Origin: Promethearchaeota archaeon
GTDB lineage: Archaea > Asgardarchaeota > Hermodarchaeia > Hermodarchaeales > Hermodarchaeaceae
DNA length: 64,000 nucleotides
NCBI GenBank assembly: GCA_048939625.1
Contig: JBHLPH010000010.1
Location: 1 to 64,000, forward strand
Reading direction: 5' to 3'
Shown here: positions 58,671 through 64,000 of the stretch, one piece after another
How the letters are laid out: each line of letters begins with the position of its first letter
Position numbering within the stretch: position 1 is the stretch's first letter
Notes under the pieces: generated by a model
The model's input: only the letters and a program-made list of their open reading frames with translations
Database searches by the model: none
Told to the model about the DNA's origin: nothing
Program-made: the position numbers and the translations under genes

Positions 58671-59381
58671 GTGTCAATCCACTTTGAACAACAAGATATT
58701 GTCGTTCCTGGGCAGCTCCTTGCTGAAGGCGATTTTCGCAACGGGGAGGGAGCTTTCAAGGAACAAGAGAAAGTCTTTGCCTCTGTTATTGGTGTGGCGA
58801 AGATGAAAGGTAAAACGGTATATGTTGTTCCCTTGAAAGGGCAATACATACCCAAGGTTCGTGACATCATAATTGGAACGATTGTGGAAGTAACCCTGAA
58901 TGGCTGGCTTATCGACTTCCATAGCCCCTATCCTGCCATGCTTCCAGTGATGCACGCACTATCCCGACGTGATGCAGTTCACGCAAAAGAAAATCTTCGG
59001 AAATATTACGATATTGGAGAAACTGTCGTAGCAGAAATCATTGCTGCAGATCGAACACGAGATCCCCTGATAACCACACTTGGTCGTGGGCTAGGAAAAG
59101 TCCGAGGGGGTATTCTGATGCATATTATCCCAACGCGGGTTCCACGGCTGATAGGGCGTAAGGGATCCATGATTAATATGCTAAAATCAGACCTTCAAGT
59201 CGATATCGTTGTAGGGCAAAACGGGATTGTCTGGCTAAAAGGGAACCCAAACCGGATGTCAATCGCTATTGAGGCGATTCATCAAATCGAACGCGAAGCT
59301 CACACCAGTGGGCTCACTGATCGCATTCGTGACTTCATAAATGAGAAGCTTGCTGAATTAAACGGTGAGAAAAATGAGTGA
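58671..59381 (+). CDS. rrp4: Exosome subunit Rrp4
   Basis: VVPGQ, YIPKVRD, RLIGRKGSMI, VGQNG, HTSGLT. Confidence 0.95.
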   Translation: MSIHFEQQDIVVPGQLLAEGDFRNGEGAFKEQEKVFASVIGVAKMKGKTVYVVPLKGQYIPKVRDIIIGTIVEVTLNGWLIDFHSPYPAMLPVMHALSRRDAVHAKENLRKYYDIGETVVAEIIAADRTRDPLITTLGRGLGKVRGGILMHIIPTRVPRLIGRKGSMINMLKSDLQVDIVVGQNGIVWLKGNPNRMSIAIEAIHQIEREAHTSGLTDRIRDFINEKLAELNGEKNE

Positions 59382-60285
59382 TAAAAAAGCGGAAGCAGAA
59401 CAACCATTGATAGACGCTAAGGGGCTACGGACTGATGGTCGCAAGTTCAACGAGCTCCGACCAATCCGATTAGAAGTAGGATATCTTAGTCGCGCTGATG
59501 GATCTGCTTACATTGAACATGGCCGAAACAAAATCGTTGCTGCAGTATACGGCCCTCGCGAACTGCATCCACGACATCTTGCTCAATCCGATCGAGCTCT
59601 CCTCCGAGTGATTTATCGGATGGCAACCTTTTCGGTTTCTGATCGAAAACGTCCTGCTCCCAGTCGTCGAGAACATGAAATCTCTATGGTTCTTCGTCAA
59701 GCCCTTGAACCTATGTTGTTCCTGAAGATGTATCCTCGCGCTGTGATTGATGTCTTCATCATGGTCTTAGAAGCAGATGGCGGTTCACGGTGTGCAAGTG
59801 CCACTGTTGCCTCACTAGCCCTTGCCGATGCAGGAATACCCATGCGAGGCTTGGTCGCTGGTTGCGCCGCTGGGAAAATTGATGGCAAGGTGGTAGTAGA
59901 CCTGAACGATATCGAAGATAAAATCGGGGACGCTGATGTGCCTTTGGTAATGGCTCCCGATCGGGGTGATGTTACTCTCTTGCAAATGGACGGAAAACTT
60001 ACATCCAAAGAATTCGCTGAAGCGCTTCGAATGGCGGAAGAGGGAATTGCACAAATACAAGATATGCAACGGGCAGTCCTTCTAGATAAATATGCGAAAA
60101 TTCGGGAAACAATTGGAGATGAAGACGAAGAGGCACCTAAAGAAAAGGAACCCGAAGAAAAACCGAAGCCTACCAAAAAGAGAGCCAAACGCACTAAAAC
60201 TGAAAAAACCGAGACAAAGCCTAAGACCACGAAAAAGAGTAAACGCTCCAAATCTAAGGACGAAGACCAAGAAGCAAAGGAGTGA
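59374..60285 (+). CDS. rrp41: Exosome subunit Rrp41 with acidic/Lys-rich tail
   Basis: RTDGR, ADGSA, YGPRE, ADGGSR, LLQMDG. Confidence 0.96.
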   Translation: MSDKKAEAEQPLIDAKGLRTDGRKFNELRPIRLEVGYLSRADGSAYIEHGRNKIVAAVYGPRELHPRHLAQSDRALLRVIYRMATFSVSDRKRPAPSRREHEISMVLRQALEPMLFLKMYPRAVIDVFIMVLEADGGSRCASATVASLALADAGIPMRGLVAGCAAGKIDGKVVVDLNDIEDKIGDADVPLVMAPDRGDVTLLQMDGKLTSKEFAEALRMAEEGIAQIQDMQRAVLLDKYAKIRETIGDEDEEAPKEKEPEEKPKPTKKRAKRTKTEKTETKPKTTKKSKRSKSKDEDQEAKE

Positions 60286-60291
60286 GTAAAA

Positions 60292-61086
60292 ATGGATATT
60301 GTTACTGATATCGAACGAGAACAGATTCTTAACCTTCTCCGAGAAGGAAAACGCATTGATGGTCGAGGATTCGATGATATTCGTCCCATCAAAATAACAC
60401 AGAACATTATCACAAAAGCCGAGGGATCCGCTGAAGCTTGGCTAGGAGAGAGCCGCGTACTGGCAGGTGTAAAAATACAGGTTGGAAAACCATTTCCCGA
60501 TACTCCCGATGAAGGAGTAGTCATTACATCGTCAGAGCTGTCTCCAATCGCGTCCCCAACCTTTGAATTGGGACCTCCGGATGAGCAGTCCATTGAATTA
60601 GCTCGGGTTGTAGATCGAGGCATTCGTCATTCTAGTGCAATCAACCGCCAAGATTTGTGCATTCAATCTGGTGATGCAGTCTATATGGTCTTGGTGGATT
60701 TGTATGTACTTGCAGATCATGGCAATCTCATTGACGTGGCTACTCTTGCTGCCGTGGCAGCTTTACTCGACACTAAAATGCCAACGGTTAAACTCACTGA
60801 AAATGGTGAACCCGAGATTCAAGAAGAGACCACAAATCTCAAAGTAGGACCGCCACCACTAACAATCACTTTTGCAAAAATTGGTAATCACATCATAGCT
60901 GATCCAAATCATGAAGAAGAACGGGTTTTGGATGGACGGCTATCAATTTCTATTGATGGCGATGATGCAATCTCCTCAATGCAAAAGTGGGGAACCGTTC
61001 CATTCTCTATTCAAGAAGCCACCGACTGCGTAGAACGAGCGAGCAAAATCGTTAAAAAGATGCGTAAACAGCTTCCCAAAAGGTGA
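60292..61086 (+). CDS. rrp42: Exosome subunit Rrp42
   Basis: [28 protein letters not shown]. Confidence 0.96.
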   Translation: MDIVTDIEREQILNLLREGKRIDGRGFDDIRPIKITQNIITKAEGSAEAWLGESRVLAGVKIQVGKPFPDTPDEGVVITSSELSPIASPTFELGPPDEQSIELARVVDRGIRHSSAINRQDLCIQSGDAVYMVLVDLYVLADHGNLIDVATLAAVAALLDTKMPTVKLTENGEPEIQEETTNLKVGPPPLTITFAKIGNHIIADPNHEEERVLDGRLSISIDGDDAISSMQKWGTVPFSIQEATDCVERASKIVKKMRKQLPKR

Positions 61087-61094
61087 ATATTCAC

Positions 61095-61370
61095 ATGGGT
61101 CGTACGAAGAAAGCTGGAACAGCAGGTCGATTCGGTGCTCGCTACGGAGTAACCCTCCGGCAGCGGGTAGCAAAAATCGAATCAAACATGAAGATAAAAC
61201 ACAAATGTCCCAACTGTCAAACCAAGGCGGTTCGCCGAGTCTCTACAGGTATTTGGAGCTGTCGAAAATGTGGACACATCTTTACAGGTGGAGCATACAT
61301 GCCCACCACAGATGCACAGAAAGTTCTTCGCTCCTTCCGTGAACGCTCGGTCAGCCGGCGATCATCGTGA
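61095..61370 (+). CDS. rpl37ae: 50S ribosomal protein eL43 (L37Ae)
   Basis: [25 protein letters not shown]. Confidence 0.97.
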   Translation: MGRTKKAGTAGRFGARYGVTLRQRVAKIESNMKIKHKCPNCQTKAVRRVSTGIWSCRKCGHIFTGGAYMPTTDAQKVLRSFRERSVSRRSS

Positions 61371-61927
61371 TTGCCATCGGTACTACTCGAAAACCGACCC
61401 AACGGATTCGGAGTTTCATCAAGGAACTCAGCCATGTTATTCCTAGTTCAGTGCGTCTTACTCGAGGAAAGCAGGGATTTGCTGAGTTCTGCGAATCGGC
61501 ACAGGAATACGGAGCTTCACGCCTCCTCCTTGTTGGCGCATTTCATGGAAATCCAGGCCGAATCGGCTTCTTAAATTACTCTGAAGATGGCTGGAATTTT
61601 TATCCACCCACAATCATCATTACCTCCACTCAACTTCTTCGAGAGAGAAATAATAATCCGCCACGAAAAATCAGAAAACTATTTGTTCTCGCTGATTTAC
61701 CCAACGACCAATCCAAGGCCCAACTTCTCGCCCAAGCGCTGAATGTACCTTGTATTGAACGAGATGCGCTCTCAGGCTTAGAATCTCAGGCAGCAGTGTT
61801 ACGCGTGGCACTAACACAATATAAGGCACTGGATTTTGTTTCACCAGACGAATCTCACCTACTCGGTCCCGCAATGCGGGTGAAACACTTTCTTACACGA
61901 CCAATAGGAGAAGCTAAACGATGGTAA
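61367..61927 (+). CDS. Brix/Imp4-domain rRNA maturation protein
   Basis: [19 protein letters not shown]; synteny. Confidence 0.85.
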   Translation: MIAIGTTRKPTQRIRSFIKELSHVIPSSVRLTRGKQGFAEFCESAQEYGASRLLLVGAFHGNPGRIGFLNYSEDGWNFYPPTIIITSTQLLRERNNNPPRKIRKLFVLADLPNDQSKAQLLAQALNVPCIERDALSGLESQAAVLRVALTQYKALDFVSPDESHLLGPAMRVKHFLTRPIGEAKRW

Positions 61928-62190
61928 ATCCTTCGCAGTATGCGCTCACAATCCAAATTCATCCGAAAACCCCCAAAAATCATCAGGCAATCTTGTCCGC
62001 GCTCGAACCAGAATTTTCGTCGATAGATTCAAAAAGAGTCAAGTTTCACAATAAATCCAACAAGAATGAAATTGTGTTTCACCTCACTGCCCAAGATGTA
62101 AATGCGCTTCGTGCTGCAGCAACCACACTGATGCGTCTCTACACGGTGGCTGATGGTGTACACCAATTTACGGTGAAGAAAAATGGGTGA
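61921..62190 (+). CDS. pcc1: KEOPS subunit Pcc1
   Basis: ALEPE, AQDVNALRAA. Confidence 0.8.
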   Translation: MVNPSQYALTIQIHPKTPKNHQAILSALEPEFSSIDSKRVKFHNKSNKNEIVFHLTAQDVNALRAAATTLMRLYTVADGVHQFTVKKNG

Positions 62191-62548
62191 AGAGCTTCCA
62201 CCGCGTGTTCGTCAGCAGCTCGTACGAGTCCAACAAACACGTGATAGCCTACAATACGTAACTGCCCTACTGCTTCAGGTAAAACAGCAACTGGCTGAAA
62301 CCAAGAACGCCCAAGAGCAGATCAAGGGGTTGACTGCCAAAAGCGTAATCTATCAAGCTTCTGGACCAATGCTTTTCAAGACAACCAAAACAAAAGCGAA
62401 TAAGAATCTAAAAGAGCAAATCGAATCTTTGGAGCTTCGAGTTAAATCCCTTGAAAAACAAGAAGCCCAATTACGCAAACAGTATGATAGCCTCCAAGAA
62501 ACCCTCCGAGGAATGCTTGGACAACCCGGTACCGCTCCTGCTGGCTAA
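62183..62548 (+). CDS. pfdB: Prefoldin beta subunit
   Basis: ELPP, coiled coil with IYQASGPML hairpin, LELRVKSLEKQE. Confidence 0.9.
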   Translation: MGEELPPRVRQQLVRVQQTRDSLQYVTALLLQVKQQLAETKNAQEQIKGLTAKSVIYQASGPMLFKTTKTKANKNLKEQIESLELRVKSLEKQEAQLRKQYDSLQETLRGMLGQPGTAPAG

Positions 62549-62602
62549 TCGCCCTTGTTGATAATGCCGCCTAAATAAATTTCAAAGACAGCGGGACCTT
62601 CC

Positions 62603-63640
62603 TTGAAACAACTGAATCCTTCCCAATTTTGGCAAACCCTATTAGAAAAAATACAAGATTCAGTTGCCCTCGTTCTCCACCAGAGTGCTGATCCTGACGC
62701 TATAGGAAGTGCAGCTGCGCTAGTCCAGCTTCTTCAAATTGATGCAAAGATCGATATCCAAATTTTTGCCGAAAGCCTGAATCGGTCTGCCAACAATTTA
62801 GCCACGTTCTTCGATATCGAAATTGCTGCTCCAGAAGATTTGGAAAAACATTCGACCGTTATTTTACTGGATTTGAATAATTTGGAGCAAATCGGCGTAC
62901 TTGCACCACATCTATCTACAAAAACCGCAACCGTATTTTGCATCGACCACCATGCACCACATAAAGATCTCCCTAAACTTGCAGAATACACGCTCCTTGA
63001 TGACCAAATTCGATCAACAGCAGAGCTAATTTTAGATCTATGGACGGTGAGTTCCCATACAATGCCACCGGCTGTAGCAACACAACTAGCTTGTGGGCTT
63101 GTATATGATTCACGGCACTTTCACATCGCCATAAAAAGTACTTTTGAGCATTTTCTTACCCTACTACATCACGGGGCAGATTACACTCAAGTTCTTCAAC
63201 TCCTATCAACACCACTAGACAAATCTGAACGCGTTGCTCGTTTGAAAGCGGCCCAACGTGTTGCGGTCTACGATGAATTTAATTTACTCATAGCCGCCAC
63301 AACCATTCGCTCATACGAAGCTAGTGCCTGTCGGGCACTCATTGCCTTGGGAGCTGATATCGCCATCGCCTGCGCTGTAAAAAAAGATGAAGTTCGCCTA
63401 AGTGCCCGTTCATCGCTTGCTGTCAATAAGGAACGGGGACTGGACCTCGCCCGAGATGTGATGGAACCTTTAGGTGAATTGATCGGAGGAGCAGGCGGTG
63501 GGCATCCTTCAGCGGCGGGTGCAAATGGAGTCGCCACCAGTGATCATGCGTTGGGTCTAGCACTCCAATTACTCCGGAAAACTCTAAAAGCTCATCGTGC
63601 CCAATCTCCGCCAGTCTCAGATCAAAGTGCTGACGGGTGA
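62603..63640 (+). CDS. DHH family phosphoesterase (NrnA-like)
   Basis: HQSADPDA, IDHH, GGGHPSAAG. Confidence 0.9.
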   Translation: MKQLNPSQFWQTLLEKIQDSVALVLHQSADPDAIGSAAALVQLLQIDAKIDIQIFAESLNRSANNLATFFDIEIAAPEDLEKHSTVILLDLNNLEQIGVLAPHLSTKTATVFCIDHHAPHKDLPKLAEYTLLDDQIRSTAELILDLWTVSSHTMPPAVATQLACGLVYDSRHFHIAIKSTFEHFLTLLHHGADYTQVLQLLSTPLDKSERVARLKAAQRVAVYDEFNLLIAATTIRSYEASACRALIALGADIAIACAVKKDEVRLSARSSLAVNKERGLDLARDVMEPLGELIGGAGGGHPSAAGANGVATSDHALGLALQLLRKTLKAHRAQSPPVSDQSADG

Positions 63641-63646
63641 CGAAAT

Positions 63647-64000
63647 GTGAGCATCGAAATTAATCAGCTTTCTTTCACCTACTCTGGTTCTGAGACCAAA
63701 GTACTCGAAGATATCTCACTGACTATCCCTCAAGGTACATTCATCGGACTCGTTGGACCCAGTGGATGTGGAAAAACCACTCTAGCCCGCTGTTTGAATG
63801 GCTTGATTCCTCATTTTCATCCTGGTGAACTTGAAGGTTCTGTGATAGTCGAAGGACTGAATTCCCAAGAACATCATGCCCATGAGCTTGCACAAAAAGT
63901 AGGGCTTGTCTTTCAAAACCCCGAAAATCAATTGGTTGCTCCTACGGTGGAACGCGAGTTGGCTTTTGGGCCCGAGAATCTCGGAGTTCCTCGAGATGAA
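63647..64000 (+). CDS. ECF transporter ATPase (CbiO/EcfA-like), truncated by window end
   Basis: Hand translation [14 protein letters not shown]...GPSGCGKTT...NGLIPHF...[23 protein letters not shown]. Confidence 0.9.
   Translation, partial: MSIEINQLSFTYSGSETKVLEDISLTIPQGTFIGLVGPSGCGKTTLARCLNGLIPHFHPGELEGSVIVEGLNSQEHHAHELAQKVGLVFQNPENQLVAPTVERELAFGPENLGVPRDE

Noticed and set aside
9894-60623. Phe/Ala/Leu-rich antisense ORFs opposite Lys-rich tails (e.g. 9894-10478, 18400-18738, 41918-42289, 59697-60623)
   Set aside because: Reverse complements of low-complexity coding tails, with no independent evidence.

Overview
Archaeal chromosomal window, probably Asgard or TACK-related (inferred from gene content and from the long Trm112 and SecY insertions, not proven). 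It is dominated by the core information-processing superoperons: S10/spc (rps19, rpl22 to secY, adk, cmk, rpl14e, cbf5), alpha (rps13 to rps2 with rpoD and rpoN), an archaeal-type mevalonate cluster, rpl7ae-infB-eif2g-rpoE-KEOPS, rps15-DHH-rps3ae, and the rpl15e-RNase P-proteasome-exosome-prefoldin cluster. The main finding is a 40-nt frame-breaking insertion in cbf5 (22760-22799). Its ends fold into a tRNA-type bulge-helix-(bulge/loop) splicing motif, and canonical endonuclease cuts exactly restore GIINLD|KPPGPTSH, so it is a probable pre-mRNA intron, located next to an intron-containing tRNA-Ser(GGA). Other points: a free-standing LAGLIDADG/multi-HTH gene sitting at a sharp local strand-skew switch between rps19 and rpl22; Lys-rich or acidic low-complexity tails on many ribosomal, RNA polymerase and exosome subunits; a solo TnpB with a putative omegaRNA just upstream of rps15; a K-turn over the L7Ae Shine-Dalgarno; a structured rpl22 leader; and a GC-rich candidate ncRNA near 56.0-56.1 kb.
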